Virus record (IMG/VR): IMGVR_UViG_3300013383_000025
Location: 31,957-95,956 of that record
Reading direction: 5' to 3' (one strand)
DNA from: a virus
Taxonomy: Duplodnaviria; Caudoviricetes
DNA: 64,000 bases
Positions 1-11,435 of the stretch are shown here, one piece after another. Position numbers and translations under genes: made by a program. The notes below the pieces were generated by a model. It saw only the letters and a list, made by a program, of their open reading frames with translations, had not been told where the DNA came from and ran no database searches. The stretch's first letter is position 1; every line of letters starts with the position of its first letter.

Positions 1-1
1 T

Positions 2-3000
2 AATGATAGCGATTCAGCAACACTGGCAAAGGTGGCTACTACATTCCAGAATGTCAGCGATGAGGCAATAAGCGCAAGTGAATCAGCCGACTTTATTATT
101 GCCCAAATGAAGGCATTTAATATTGAGGCTGATGACGCAGAGCATATCATCGATGCGGTCAACGCTGTAAGTAACTCCTATGCTGTGTCATCTGGGCAAT
201 TAGCCAAGAATCTTGGTAATATGTCCTCGGCGTTGGCGGTTGGCAACAATTCATTTGAAGAAAGTCTTGGTCTTCTGACGGCTGGCGTTGAGGTGACACG
301 AAATGCAAGCAAGGTATCTCGCGCACTTGTGTCTGTGCAATCTCGCCTGAACCAAGTTATCGATGAATCATCGTCTACGGGGCAAGCGTTAACAGAATGG
401 TACCAAGAGCATGGGATTGCGATTCTTGACCAAGAGGGACAACTTCGTAGTCTATACGATGTATTAACAGACGTTTCCGAAATTTGGCCGACGTTAACAA
501 AGAATGAACAGGCGTATTATCTGAATCAGCAAGCGGGTGCTAACCAGTCACAGAATCTTGCTGCTATTCTTTCAAATTTCGACACGGCGGCAAAAGCGAC
601 CGCAACCGCACTGAATTCCGCAGGTTCGGCAATGCGCGAGAACGAAGCGTATCAATCCTCACTCGAATATCAAACCTCAGAGCTTAAAGCTGAGTTTCAA
701 GATCTAGCAAACAATGTCATTGATAAACAGGTTATAACTGGATTCTTAAATCTCGGTCAAACAATGCTCAAGGTTGCCAATACAGACTTTGGTCAATTTG
801 TAACTAAAGTAGGATTACTTGGCGGTGCTAGTTGGGGCATTGAGAGCTTGCTTCATGTGAGTAAAATTTTGCCAACCATTGGCAAACAGTTTACCAACTT
901 GGGCACAGCTATTAAATTAGCGGCCGGTGGAGCGGGTACTTTTGGCGAGGCGATTGCAGCAGTTGGTGGGGGAGCTAGTGTAGCCCTGCCAATTATACTT
1001 GCCATCTCAGCTGCTATTATCGGATGTATAGAGGCGTATAAGGCATTTGAAGAAGCCCAAGAAGCCAAAAAATTTGAGAATCTAGTTAATAACTATGAGT
1101 CGCTTAAAGAAGAAGCAGATGGCGCGGCAGACAAGCTAGAAGAGCTAAAGCAAAAGCTAGAAGACCTTAACGCCGTGCCAGAGGATGACCGAGACCAACA
1201 GTGGCGTGATGAACAAGCTGAGGTTAAGACGCTTATTGAATATTATAATCAGCTTGAACGTGCGAGAAAGGCGCAAGCTGATGAGGCAGGGGCTGCGGCA
1301 TATGGCGCAGACAGAGAAACCGGCGTTACAGTTGGACAATACTATCAAGGCAAATATGGCGTTGAATCAAAAGAAATTGGTAGATATGCGACAACCACGG
1401 AAGCTGTAACCAAACTCGCTGAAGAAAATGACGTAACTCTAACAAGGGAACAGATGAATGAACTATCTGAGCTAACCGATGATGGTGAACGTGCTGCCAA
1501 AGCCATTGATTTCCTTAAACAGAATCTTGAAGCTCTGCATTATACATTTGATTCTACCACGGTATCTGCGTCTGAGTATCAGTCCACTCAGGGACAACTC
1601 ATGCTCGATTTGGCTGAAACAGCAAGTAAATCCGGTGAGGTATCAGATGCAGTATTAGAGCAACGTGATGCCTATATGAATGCTAATGAAGCTGAGTATT
1701 TATACCTTATTGGGCTTGGAACGCTGAATGAAGCACAACAGAAGTTTGTAAACGGCTACGAAGCCATTGCTGAAATTGGTGGGACTCAAACTCAGAACAT
1801 TCGAGAGCTAGGCACAGCCGCAGAAGAATCAGTGGGCGCTTTTGAGCAATACAATAACATACTTGCGAATTATGAAGCTGCAACAGCAGGAGCATCTGGT
1901 GCAACTGAGAATCTTGTTAAATCGTTATTTGATACCAATGGTCAGCTTACCGATACTGCCAGTTATGCTTTGTCGACGAATGGCTCTATGGCAGACATGG
2001 CACAGTCATTTATTCAAGCCCAACAAGCGCAGTCTCAAGCAAACTTCCAAAACCTAATTAACCAAATATATTCAGTCGGTCAAGCGGCATCAATAACGAC
2101 TTCTCAAATATCAAGTATGATGTCCGCTGCTGGTGTTGGAATTGGAATTAGTGATACAGAATTATCAAAAAATCTTCGTCGCACCTATCAAGAAAAGTAT
2201 AAGAAGAGCGTAGAAAGCGACCCCGCAGCATATAAAAAATGGTTGCAGGACTATGCTTATAAGGCTGGACAAGAGAAATATCAAATAGAGCAAAAGAAAT
2301 ATCAAGAGCAACTTGAGCAGATATCGTCTTTTGTCTCATCGTCTTCTGGTGGCGGTGGCAGTTCATCCTCGACCAAATCCGACCAAGAAGAAGTCAAAGC
2401 CCAAACCATCAACACGATTGAAGAACTGCGCGAATATCTGACTGATGAATCAACACGTCTCAAGCTGATTGACCCAGACATTAGTAAATCTGATTTACAG
2501 TCGACCCTATCAGAAGTAGCCACTATATATCAATCCTATCAGGATTATCTGTCTCAACTCAAGCAACAAGGGTTTGATGAAACAAGCGAACAATATAAAG
2601 CTGCCGAGGCTGAATTTGCTCAATTCCTAGCGGTGCTTGAAGACCTATTTAATCAGATTGCTCAAAAGGGTAATTATACCATTGAAGAGCTGTATCAAAA
2701 ATTGCAGAGTGCATTGGGCGATAGTAGCGAATTGGTAAGTAGTCTGGCTGACGGTTTTAGCTCTGTCTCAAGTAGCGTAGACGAAGCTACCAGTAGTCTG
2801 AAGCAGATGATCAAGCAAGGCAAAAAGTTACAAACGCTCAATGTTGTCGCAATGGATTCGGCTACGGGGCATCGTGTTGAAATTAGCGAAGCTTATAAAA
2901 GTGGTGCTTTAAGTGCCGAAGACATTGTTAGCGGATACGAATCAGCTTGGGACACTCTTCGTGCCGAATATGACTATGACCAAGAGCAATATGAGCAAGC

Positions 3001-4402
3001 CGTCCAAGATGCGCTTAAAAATGCCGCCGCTGAAAAAGATGTAGCCGAAGAAGTATCCAATGAATATGAGTGGCAGAACAAGTTGCTTGAGGATAAGATT
3101 GCCCTTGAAGAAAAGCTAGAGGCGCTAGAAAGAGCCAAACAACGCCGTATGCTTGTATATAGCGAAGGGCGATTCCAATATATGCAAGATGCTGACGCAA
3201 TATCTAGCGCTCAAGCCGATTATCAAGAGACATATAGAGATGTTGAGCAAAGCCAGATTCAGTCATTGATGAATATGATTGGCAATGAATCATCGTCATT
3301 CTTCACTGATTATTTCTCAAAAGAAAACGCAGATGTTTTAGGATATGGTGAGGCATTGCGCGATCACCTGATGGGCTATCTTGGCGAAAAAATTGGCGGC
3401 TCTCTATTTGAGGGCATGGACGATGCCGGGCTTTATGATATATTTGGCGATGCGATGCAACCAGGTGCGGCATATTCTCAGATTCTGGCAGCTTATCGAG
3501 CAGAACAAGAAGCAGCTGAAAAACGCGCTGAAAAAAAAGCGGCTCTCAAGAAGCAAATTCGTGAAGAGAATGTAAGAAAATGGGGCGTCGACACTGATTT
3601 TGGTGAAAAGATAAAGAACGCTGAGTCCCAAGCAGAGGCGGCGTATTGGGCGGACTTGCGCGATGCCAAGCTTGAGATGATTAAAGAGTACAAAGAGGCA
3701 TATGGTACGGAGGCGGCCTCTAAATATTTTGGTACTGACGCATCGAGTATTGATAGTTGGAAATCCAATGAAGATCTATATCGAGAAGCGTGGGATAGCG
3801 GTAACACTGGATATGCTACATCTGCAAGCGACTTTGAGCGTCAACATTTAGCGTATGACAGCGATGGCAGTGATAGGTATACTGTAGAAAATCCAGACCT
3901 TGAAGCGGCTGAATATAATGTTGCGTCTGGTCTTACGTTTGATGGATATAGCAAGGCAGACCAAGCTCTATATAACAAGATATTTGAAGGCTCTGTTACA
4001 AAAGACCAATTACAAAAATTATATGATAGCGACGAATTATCTGATGTGACAAAGGGCTATATCCTTAATCTTGCCTCAGAGTTAAAAAAATCTGGTGCAA
4101 CCGGTTATGCCAGTGGTACAAAATCAGCAAGTGGCGGGTTATCTCTGGTTGGTGAAAATGGCCCAGAGCTTAGAGTCCTCAATCAAGGCGACGGTATCTT
4201 GCCAAATAGTATCACAGATAATTTATGGCGCTGGGGTTCTATGACACCTAGTGATATGCTGACATCGTTAGCCCAGAAGGCGCAGAGTTGGGCGCAGACG
4301 CTAAATATTAGCAATGTCACGTTGCCCAATGTGCGCGATGCTCAGTCGTTCGTAAGCGGACTTAGAGAATTGGCGCAACAATATGTAACAAGACGTAGTT
4401 AA
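2..4402 (+). CDS. Tape measure protein, 5'-truncated by the window edge
   Basis: Frame is open from base 2. Long Ala/Glu/Gln-rich helical protein with a TP901-type TMP core (NAVSNSYAVSS...L) and a C-terminal GYASGT...LVGENGPE motif. Followed by tail genes. Confidence 0.92.
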   Translation, partial: NDSDSATLAKVATTFQNVSDEAISASESADFIIAQMKAFNIEADDAEHIIDAVNAVSNSYAVSSGQLAKNLGNMSSALAVGNNSFEESLGLLTAGVEVTRNASKVSRALVSVQSRLNQVIDESSSTGQALTEWYQEHGIAILDQEGQLRSLYDVLTDVSEIWPTLTKNEQAYYLNQQAGANQSQNLAAILSNFDTAAKATATALNSAGSAMRENEAYQSSLEYQTSELKAEFQDLANNVIDKQVITGFLNLGQTMLKVANTDFGQFVTKVGLLGGASWGIESLLHVSKILPTIGKQFTNLGTAIKLAAGGAGTFGEAIAAVGGGASVALPIILAISAAIIGCIEAYKAFEEAQEAKKFENLVNNYESLKEEADGAADKLEELKQKLEDLNAVPEDDRDQQWRDEQAEVKTLIEYYNQLERARKAQADEAGAAAYGADRETGVTVGQYYQGKYGVESKEIGRYATTTEAVTKLAEENDVTLTREQMNELSELTDDGERAAKAIDFLKQNLEALHYTFDSTTVSASEYQSTQGQLMLDLAETASKSGEVSDAVLEQRDAYMNANEAEYLYLIGLGTLNEAQQKFVNGYEAIAEIGGTQTQNIRELGTAAEESVGAFEQYNNILANYEAATAGASGATENLVKSLFDTNGQLTDTASYALSTNGSMADMAQSFIQAQQAQSQANFQNLINQIYSVGQAASITTSQISSMMSAAGVGIGISDTELSKNLRRTYQEKYKKSVESDPAAYKKWLQDYAYKAGQEKYQIEQKKYQEQLEQISSFVSSSSGGGGSSSSTKSDQEEVKAQTINTIEELREYLTDESTRLKLIDPDISKSDLQSTLSEVATIYQSYQDYLSQLKQQGFDETSEQYKAAEAEFAQFLAVLEDLFNQIAQKGNYTIEELYQKLQSALGDSSELVSSLADGFSSVSSSVDEATSSLKQMIKQGKKLQTLNVVAMDSATGHRVEISEAYKSGALSAEDIVSGYESAWDTLRAEYDYDQEQYEQAVQDALKNAAAEKDVAEEVSNEYEWQNKLLEDKIALEEKLEALERAKQRRMLVYSEGRFQYMQDADAISSAQADYQETYRDVEQSQIQSLMNMIGNESSSFFTDYFSKENADVLGYGEALRDHLMGYLGEKIGGSLFEGMDDAGLYDIFGDAMQPGAAYSQILAAYRAEQEAAEKRAEKKAALKKQIREENVRKWGVDTDFGEKIKNAESQAEAAYWADLRDAKLEMIKEYKEAYGTEAASKYFGTDASSIDSWKSNEDLYREAWDSGNTGYATSASDFERQHLAYDSDGSDRYTVENPDLEAAEYNVASGLTFDGYSKADQALYNKIFEGSVTKDQLQKLYDSDELSDVTKGYILNLASELKKSGATGYASGTKSASGGLSLVGENGPELRVLNQGDGILPNSITDNLWRWGSMTPSDMLTSLAQKAQSWAQTLNISNVTLPNVRDAQSFVSGLRELAQQYVTRRS

Positions 4403-4413
4403 TATAATATTAC

Positions 4414-4449
4414 ATCATGGTGGGTTGAGTTATATCCGCTCACCATGAT
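4414..4449 (+). terminator. Stem-loop after TMP (possible terminator or processing site)
   Basis: atcatggtggg (4414-4424) pairs with ctcaccatgat (4439-4449); weak U tail. Confidence 0.45.
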
Positions 4450-4469
4450 TATCATAAAGAGGTGATTTA

Positions 4470-4787
4470 GTGTTATCTAGCGAAGAATTATTACAATCCA
4501 TTGATATCTTGGCTCAAAATGCAGTTAAAGATTCAGTAAAAATATATACGGCCATTGTCACCTCTGTAGCGGATGATTATACCTGTTCAGTTAAAGTGAA
4601 TGGTAAGACGCATAGTGGTGTGACATATTATGGGGCGACTCCTAGTACCAATAAAAGCTATAGGGTATTTTGCCCAAACGGCTCAATGAATCAGGCATTT
4701 ATTGTTGTACCATTGCCAGCTTACACAAAAGATGATGCTGGGAAAACATTGTCCGTGGATAGCGATGGGCGATTAGTATGGAAATGA
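4470..4787 (+). CDS. Small tail/baseplate protein (spike-like)
   Basis: GAGGTG RBS, position after TMP, beta-rich. Confidence 0.55.
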   Translation: MLSSEELLQSIDILAQNAVKDSVKIYTAIVTSVADDYTCSVKVNGKTHSGVTYYGATPSTNKSYRVFCPNGSMNQAFIVVPLPAYTKDDAGKTLSVDSDGRLVWK

Positions 4788-4804
4788 TGTGGAGGTGATA
4801 TAAT

Positions 4805-7183
4805 TTGAATTTAAAGTTAATTGGAACCAAAGTGACACAAGATGTGCAAACATTTGCATTTCAGAAAAACAACTTGGTTGATAATATTACGGTTGAAGTT
4901 GATACTGACGAATCATGGCAATATAAACTAGACATACAATACGCGCGTAAAGATTGTTCTGGCAAGACATTATATAATATTATAAACTTAAATAGAACGG
5001 GTAATATCTGTACTGCACAATTGACTACAGATATGCTTCCATTTAACGGGCGCTATATTATGCAACTAAGAGCCATCAATGGGAATAAAATCCAACACAG
5101 CGACACATTTAATGCGTGGGTAGAGTATAGCGTTGAGCCAGGGTCGACATACGTCGATACCCCTAGTGAATTTTATCAAATCGAACAAAACATTACAGAA
5201 ATTAACAACAATCCTCCTTATCCCGGACCGAATGGGTATTGGATGATATGGAATCCAGATACTCACCAATACGAGCAGAGCGATAAACCTATCCCAGATG
5301 GCAGCCTCCCAGACATCGATGAATCCACTAATGGAAAATATCTAACTAATGATGGCGAAAAATCATATTGGGCAGATGTGCAAGGTGGTAGTAGCGAAAG
5401 CAAAATTGACAAGATTGAAGTTAATAGCATAGAACAACCTATAATTGATAAGGTAGTACAGATAGTTATTAGTAAGGATACGATTGGGCTGAATAACGTC
5501 AATAATACATCAGATGCTGATAAACCTATCTCTATACAGACACAAGCCGCCCTTAATAAAAAGCAGGATGTTATCAATGTTAATGGATTGCTCAAAGGCG
5601 ATGAAACCGGCGCTGTTTCTCAAGCAGAGGCAGGAATTGATTATATTGCTCCTGATGCAATTAGTCAATTACTAGGTGCTAGCGCAGATAAGATACCAAG
5701 CGAAAAGGCCGTTTCAGATGCTATTGCATCTATGAGTGGTGGCGATATGCTACAATCGGTGTATGACCCTAGTGGTGTGGTAAAAGATGCTGGTGGTATT
5801 CCTTCTTATGTAGAAGCCAATGGTGGTAAAATTGACGCAATCCAAGTTAATGGCGAAACTCAGGATATCGTCAACAAAAAGGTCAACATTATAGTCCCAA
5901 CCAATGTTAGCGAATTAAACAACGATTCTAAGTATATTACGAATGAAGCATTATCTGATTATGCGACAAAGGCAGAATTACCAACCAAGACTAGTCAGCT
6001 AGAAAACGATAGTAATTTTATCAACGAATCGGCACTAGATGGCTATGTAAAGACGGTTGATATGCCGACTAAGATTAGCCAATTGGAAAACGATGCTGGC
6101 TATGTTACTATCGAGACCGCCCCTGTGAAATCTGTCAATGGTCAGATTGGCAATGTAAAAATAGATATTCCAAAGCAGTATGAATTGCCAGTGGCAACTG
6201 CCGAGACGTTGGGCGGCATTAAAGCCGAGGCTAAAACAGAGGAACAGACTGTGCCCGTTGGTATAGATGTCGATGGCAAGTTGTGGGTTCATATTGAAGG
6301 CGGCAGCTCTATTGACACTATTTTAGCTGATAAAGTTATGTTTGATGGTGATATGGTATTTACCGAGCAATTTGGTAAATATGAACCAAGTGGCGGTAAG
6401 GTCACTATTCCATCAGATGGAAAGAGCTTAAAAGAGTTGTTGCTTGATGCTTATAGTGAGGATAAAAATCCTGTTATCACACAACCAAGTGTTGGCATTA
6501 CAAGTCCAACAGCTAGAGCTTATGAAGTTGGCACGGTTGTTACGCCTCAATATAGCGGTTCATTCAACGCTGGTAAATATGAATACGGGCCAACTCCAAC
6601 TGGCGTATCTGTCACAGAATGGCAAGTGACAAACAACGTGACTGCTGAAACAAGGGCGACTCAGGCCGGTTCATTTGCGACCTATACTGTACCAGATGGC
6701 TCAAATTATAGAATTACCATTAAAGCAACATATAGTGACGGCATGATTCCTGTTACCGCACTAGGCGCTCAATATGAGGTCGGTAAAATTTCAGCATCAA
6801 GCAAGTCTGCTCAAAGCGGCGCTATCAGCAGCTATCGCAATAGTTTTTATGGTACATTGGCTGATAAATCGGTGGATGTTACAAATTCCATTATTAGAGG
6901 TTTACAACAAAAATCTAATAAAACTTTAGCTAATGGTAATACATTTACCGTAAATGTCCCTATCGGTGCAGAGGCCGTGCTTATTGCTTATCCGGCCACG
7001 TTGCGTGATGTTACGTCAATCAAGGACGTAAACGGATTAAACGCCGACATTACATCTGCATTTGTCGGCAGTACCATAGACGTTACTGGCGCGAATGAAT
7101 ATACCGCCATTAGTTATAAGCTTTATAGGCTTGATTATGCAAAACCAAATGATGTAGCAAATAAATATACTGTTACTATTTAA
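4805..7183 (+). CDS. Minor tail/fibre protein with BppU-like N-terminus and internal fibre repeats
   Basis: Repeats PTKTSQLEND, VKSVNG, GLNNVNNTSDADKP and YELPVATAETLGGIK typical of phage fibres. Confidence 0.7.
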   Translation: MNLKLIGTKVTQDVQTFAFQKNNLVDNITVEVDTDESWQYKLDIQYARKDCSGKTLYNIINLNRTGNICTAQLTTDMLPFNGRYIMQLRAINGNKIQHSDTFNAWVEYSVEPGSTYVDTPSEFYQIEQNITEINNNPPYPGPNGYWMIWNPDTHQYEQSDKPIPDGSLPDIDESTNGKYLTNDGEKSYWADVQGGSSESKIDKIEVNSIEQPIIDKVVQIVISKDTIGLNNVNNTSDADKPISIQTQAALNKKQDVINVNGLLKGDETGAVSQAEAGIDYIAPDAISQLLGASADKIPSEKAVSDAIASMSGGDMLQSVYDPSGVVKDAGGIPSYVEANGGKIDAIQVNGETQDIVNKKVNIIVPTNVSELNNDSKYITNEALSDYATKAELPTKTSQLENDSNFINESALDGYVKTVDMPTKISQLENDAGYVTIETAPVKSVNGQIGNVKIDIPKQYELPVATAETLGGIKAEAKTEEQTVPVGIDVDGKLWVHIEGGSSIDTILADKVMFDGDMVFTEQFGKYEPSGGKVTIPSDGKSLKELLLDAYSEDKNPVITQPSVGITSPTARAYEVGTVVTPQYSGSFNAGKYEYGPTPTGVSVTEWQVTNNVTAETRATQAGSFATYTVPDGSNYRITIKATYSDGMIPVTALGAQYEVGKISASSKSAQSGAISSYRNSFYGTLADKSVDVTNSIIRGLQQKSNKTLANGNTFTVNVPIGAEAVLIAYPATLRDVTSIKDVNGLNADITSAFVGSTIDVTGANEYTAISYKLYRLDYAKPNDVANKYTVTI

Positions 7184-7200
7184 GAAGGGAGGTTGGCCTA

Positions 7201-7656
7201 ATGGCTATTGAATCGTTACCAAAATTAAATTTTAGCGTGCCACTTGCCATGACGGCGGCAATGCCGGTTGATTACAATTCCTACTTTGACGATTATGACA
7301 AGGCTGTGGCGGCAGCGTTAACCGCTGAAGAAATAGGCTCTTCTAATACTATTTATCATTATGGTCAAGAAATTATAGTTATTACCCAGGCATCTGCTGA
7401 CCTCTATCTTATTCAACCAGATAGGACACTAAAACTGATAAGTAGTTCTGGTATAGGCGACGACAAAACATTTGTGTTCACACAATCAATTGCTTCTGAC
7501 ACATGGGATATTCAACACGACTTGAATAAATATCCATCTATAGCTATCGTCGACTCTGGTAACAATATTGTGTATGGCGATGTTGAATATGTGAATAAAA
7601 ATAATGTGGTATGTAAATTCACATCGGCATTTAGCGGAAAAGCCTACCTAAATTAA
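7201..7656 (+). CDS. Tail-associated structural protein
   Basis: C-terminal WDIQHDLNKYPSIAIVDS...FSGKAYLN motif common in phage fibre accessory proteins. Confidence 0.6.
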   Translation: MAIESLPKLNFSVPLAMTAAMPVDYNSYFDDYDKAVAAALTAEEIGSSNTIYHYGQEIIVITQASADLYLIQPDRTLKLISSSGIGDDKTFVFTQSIASDTWDIQHDLNKYPSIAIVDSGNNIVYGDVEYVNKNNVVCKFTSAFSGKAYLN

Positions 7657-7699
7657 AAGGTAGTCGATATATAAATGTATATTAGGAGGAAATTTTATT

Positions 7700-9442
7700 A
7701 TGGCGAAATATTTAACCAATATTGATTTAATGAAAAACGAGCTTCAGAATGCCGTTCTTCAACCACTAGCGGTTGCTCCATCTAATCCAAAAGAAGGCCA
7801 GTTCTACTATAATAGTGGTGATAAGGTTGTATATAGATATGATGGTACAAGTTGGGGACCGATTGGAGTTGTATATCAGCAAGGTTCTACTACTGGGGCT
7901 GTCATTACAGGTCTTGATGAAAGTGGAAACGTAACAACCACTGACGTTGTCAATCTGACTCTAGCTGGGTATACACCTGTTGAAGATGGCTATGTGAGTG
8001 CTGATATGAGTCTTGAAGATGCGTTGAAGGCGCTTGATACAGCTGTTAAAAACGCTGTTGCTGGTGGTGGCGAAGTCAACCAGAACGCATGGTCTAATAT
8101 CAGCGTAAAGAAGCAGAGTACGGCTACTACAGCTGTGACTGGTGCAACTGCCGACACCACCCTTGCCGCAGCAAGCAAGACAGATACGTTCTCTGTAGCG
8201 TCTGGTAATAAGTGGGTTGACATCAACGGTTCTGGCAAGACGGTTAATATTGGTCATAGTCTGAGCGGTGCTACTGCTGGCACATATGGCGCGGCTGGCT
8301 CTGTGGCTCAGGTTACAGTTGATGAGGCGGGTCATGTTACTGCGGCGCAGAATGTAGCCATTACCCCAGCGGCTATTGGCGCGGCAACTACTGATGCCGT
8401 CGAGGCGGCTCAGACGGCTGCCGATAATGCACAGACAGCAGCAGATAGCAAAGTAGCATCTGTTGGTGCTACTGCCAATGGTGGTATTACTATTGGTGGT
8501 ACGGCCACTGAGCCCACTGTTGGTATTAAGCTAGATACAACCAATGGCAATGCGGCCTCTCTATCTGCTGACGGCCTCATGGTCACCATTCCAGAGGTCA
8601 ACGTGCCAGAATATACCATTACTAAGTTGACTACAGCTACAAGCGGCTATCTAGCATCCTATCAGCTTGAGAAGGATGGGGTTAAGGCTGGTGAAGTTAT
8701 CAACATTCCCAAGGACTATCTAGTTAAGAGCGCGTCCATCAAGACCTCTGCTGGTGAAGATGACCCATCTGGTTTACCTGCCGACTCTAAGTATATTGAT
8801 TTCGTTATCAATACACATGACACTGCGTCAGGGACTGGCACAGAGAGCCATATTTATTTAAATGTTGAAGACCTAGTTGATGTTTATACGGCTGGTAATG
8901 GCATTAGCATTGATGCATCTAATGTTGTGTCTGCTAAGGTTGTTGCTGGCAACGGTTTATCTATTGACGAATCTGGCATTAAGATGGGTGCGGCTTCTGC
9001 TACTACCGCAGGTGCTATGAGCGCCGATGATTTCAGCAAGCTGGCTGGTATTGAAGCTGGCGCAACCAATAATAAAATTACACTAAACGGCACGACAACC
9101 AAGAACCCAAGTTTCTATGCGCCTACTACCGGAGGTACTGCCGGTCAGCATCTTGTCTCTAATGGCTCTGATGCGCCAGCTTGGCAAAATATGCCAACTA
9201 TTCTTAAGAAATATACTGCTACAAATGGTGAACTTACTGCCACCGGTGGTGTATACTCATGGACAATTGCTAAGGCAACACATGGAGTAGAAACACCGGC
9301 AACTGTGCAACTATATGAAGTGGCAACTAATGAACAGGTCATTGCAGATGTTGTAATTGCCACCAATGGGGGGGTTACCATTAAAATTAACGGAACCGGT
9401 ACTCTTGAGGCTGGCACATATAGAGTAGTAATCATTGGATAA
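7700..9442 (+). CDS. Tail fibre-like protein
   Basis: Thr/Ala/Gly-rich; YTAGNGISI and SKLAGIEAGA fibre motifs. Confidence 0.7.
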   Translation: MAKYLTNIDLMKNELQNAVLQPLAVAPSNPKEGQFYYNSGDKVVYRYDGTSWGPIGVVYQQGSTTGAVITGLDESGNVTTTDVVNLTLAGYTPVEDGYVSADMSLEDALKALDTAVKNAVAGGGEVNQNAWSNISVKKQSTATTAVTGATADTTLAAASKTDTFSVASGNKWVDINGSGKTVNIGHSLSGATAGTYGAAGSVAQVTVDEAGHVTAAQNVAITPAAIGAATTDAVEAAQTAADNAQTAADSKVASVGATANGGITIGGTATEPTVGIKLDTTNGNAASLSADGLMVTIPEVNVPEYTITKLTTATSGYLASYQLEKDGVKAGEVINIPKDYLVKSASIKTSAGEDDPSGLPADSKYIDFVINTHDTASGTGTESHIYLNVEDLVDVYTAGNGISIDASNVVSAKVVAGNGLSIDESGIKMGAASATTAGAMSADDFSKLAGIEAGATNNKITLNGTTTKNPSFYAPTTGGTAGQHLVSNGSDAPAWQNMPTILKKYTATNGELTATGGVYSWTIAKATHGVETPATVQLYEVATNEQVIADVVIATNGGVTIKINGTGTLEAGTYRVVIIG

Positions 9443-9456
9443 TGGGGTGTTGACCA

Positions 9457-10116
9457 ATGAAATATATTGGCACATACCTCAATGATGAATCCATTGTCAC
9501 CAAAGATAAATTAGACAATGTAAAAAATAGTATTCCAGCTAAGACAAGTCAGCTAACAAATGATAGTGGTTATATTACAGAAGATGATATTCCTGTTAAG
9601 TCGGTAAATGGGAAAACCGGCGTTGTGCAAATAGACAAATCCGGCATTGGTTTGGGCAATGTTGACAACGTCAAGCAATACAGTTCAACCAACCCTCCAC
9701 CATATCCTGTCACAAGCGTGAATGGTAAGACTGGTGCGGTTACAGTGGATGTAGACCTGCCTGATGGGTTGGTTAAATACGAGTCGCTAGCACCTGTAGA
9801 AGCGACTACGCCAATTGATGCCAATACATTGCAGGGGCACAATGCTAGTTACTTTGCTACATCTAGCGCATTGGCTACTACTAATAGCAATGTATCATCC
9901 AATAGCTCAGATATATCCACATTGCAATCGGGACTATCTACAGCCAATACAAATATTGCTAATAAACTCAATAGATCTGGCGGTACTATGACGGGCGCAT
10001 TAGTCGCTCAGACAAATACTAGCTATACTACGCGCCAAGTTCGCAACATTATTATCTCCACATCCGACCCAAGCGGTGGTTCGTCAGGAGACATATGGAT
10101 AAAATATCAGGCATGA
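9457..10116 (+). CDS. Short tail fibre/adaptor protein
   Basis: VKSVNGKTG repeats, KLNRSGGTMTGAL motif, C-terminal STSDPSGGSSGDIW. Confidence 0.65.
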   Translation: MKYIGTYLNDESIVTKDKLDNVKNSIPAKTSQLTNDSGYITEDDIPVKSVNGKTGVVQIDKSGIGLGNVDNVKQYSSTNPPPYPVTSVNGKTGAVTVDVDLPDGLVKYESLAPVEATTPIDANTLQGHNASYFATSSALATTNSNVSSNSSDISTLQSGLSTANTNIANKLNRSGGTMTGALVAQTNTSYTTRQVRNIIISTSDPSGGSSGDIWIKYQA

Positions 10117-10124
10117 GGTAGGAT

Positions 10125-11102
10125 ATGGCAAGTATTAAAACAGGCGACGTCCTCAATTACACATATACTGGCTCCGTGCAATCTGTCCAGTTACCTCCAG
10201 GTACATATACACTAGAATGTTGGGGTGCTCAAGGCGGCTATAGGTCCAGTTCTACATATGGCGGCAAGGGTGGCAAATCATATGGTATATTAACATTAAA
10301 AAGAAAGACCACGGTATATATCTATGTAGGTGGGGCTGGTAATACAGGAAAGACGAATGGCGGTTTCAATGGCGGTGGCAAGCGCGGTTCATACAATGGC
10401 GGCGGCGGTGCGTCTGATATTCGTATTGGCACAGATAGCTTATATGCTCGTGTTATCGTAGCTGGTGGTGGTGGCTCAGATGGCGCATCCTCAAAGACAG
10501 GTATGTATGGTGGCGGCGAATCTGGTGGCTCATCATCTGAGAATTATGGTACGGGCGGCTACGGTGGTACACAGACAGGCGTTTCTAGTTCATCATGGCA
10601 AACAACTAGTCAATCGACATCTACAACGACTCAAACTGGCGCATATGCCGGATTTGGCTTTGGTGGAAATGGTATCACTAGCAGCTCGGGCTATGGTGGT
10701 GCTGGAGGCGGAGGTTGGTATGGCGGCTCAGGTTCATACCCAGATGGCTCAGGAGATGATGATAGAGGTGGCGGCGGTGGCTCGGGATATGTATATACGT
10801 CATCTACCGCTTCTAATTATCCAACCGGTTGTTTGCTGAATAGTGAATATTATTTATCTAATGCCGTAACGAAGGCTGGTAATGTATCGTTTACTGGAAC
10901 GGGCGGTTCTAGCGAAACAGGACATAGTGGAAATGGATACGTGCGCATTACAGCCAATAAAGTTCAGTCACTGAATATTCCTGTTAATATCGGTGGTACT
11001 TGGAAAGATATGGATTCTGCATATGTCAATATTGGTGGCGTATGGAAGTCAGTAGAAGCCGCATATGTGAATGTAGGTGGAACATGGAAAGAATTATCAT
11101 AA
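10125..11102 (+). CDS. Glycine-rich (polyglycine-II type) virion protein
   Basis: ECWGAQGG...GGGGASDIR...VAGGGG pattern; VNIGGTWK-like repeat x3 at the C-terminus. Confidence 0.75.
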   Translation: MASIKTGDVLNYTYTGSVQSVQLPPGTYTLECWGAQGGYRSSSTYGGKGGKSYGILTLKRKTTVYIYVGGAGNTGKTNGGFNGGGKRGSYNGGGGASDIRIGTDSLYARVIVAGGGGSDGASSKTGMYGGGESGGSSSENYGTGGYGGTQTGVSSSSWQTTSQSTSTTTQTGAYAGFGFGGNGITSSSGYGGAGGGGWYGGSGSYPDGSGDDDRGGGGGSGYVYTSSTASNYPTGCLLNSEYYLSNAVTKAGNVSFTGTGGSSETGHSGNGYVRITANKVQSLNIPVNIGGTWKDMDSAYVNIGGVWKSVEAAYVNVGGTWKELS

Positions 11103-11117
11103 TAAAGGAGGGAGAAA

Positions 11118-11414
11118 ATGGCAGAAAGAGTAACATTAACAGATGCGACAACTGGCGATGTAATTTATCCGCAAACGCTAGTTGACTCTGTTCAAAATGA
11201 ATCTGGTGCATTGCTCAAGACGTTGGTTCTCATGTTGAACAATACCACGCCTTTTACTCCCACGGGGGATTATAATCCAGCCACAAAGAAATATATAGAT
11301 GATTTACTGTCCGGATTTAAGGGCGGCGTAGATATTCAATTATCCACAACTCAACCAAGCGGACAATCATCTGGTGATTATTGGTATCACGTTACAGGAA
11401 CGGCTGACATCTGA
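11118..11414 (+). CDS. Small fibre adaptor protein
   Basis: PATKKYID motif; C-terminal STTQPSGQSSGDYW. Confidence 0.55.
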   Translation: MAERVTLTDATTGDVIYPQTLVDSVQNESGALLKTLVLMLNNTTPFTPTGDYNPATKKYIDDLLSGFKGGVDIQLSTTQPSGQSSGDYWYHVTGTADI

Positions 11415-11435
11415 AACAAGAAAGGAGGATGAGAC

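Noticed and set aside
9368-9374. G7 run near the 3' end of fibre gene 7700-9442 as a third switch
   Set aside because: Short, in frame, and only about 22 codons from the stop; weak evidence.
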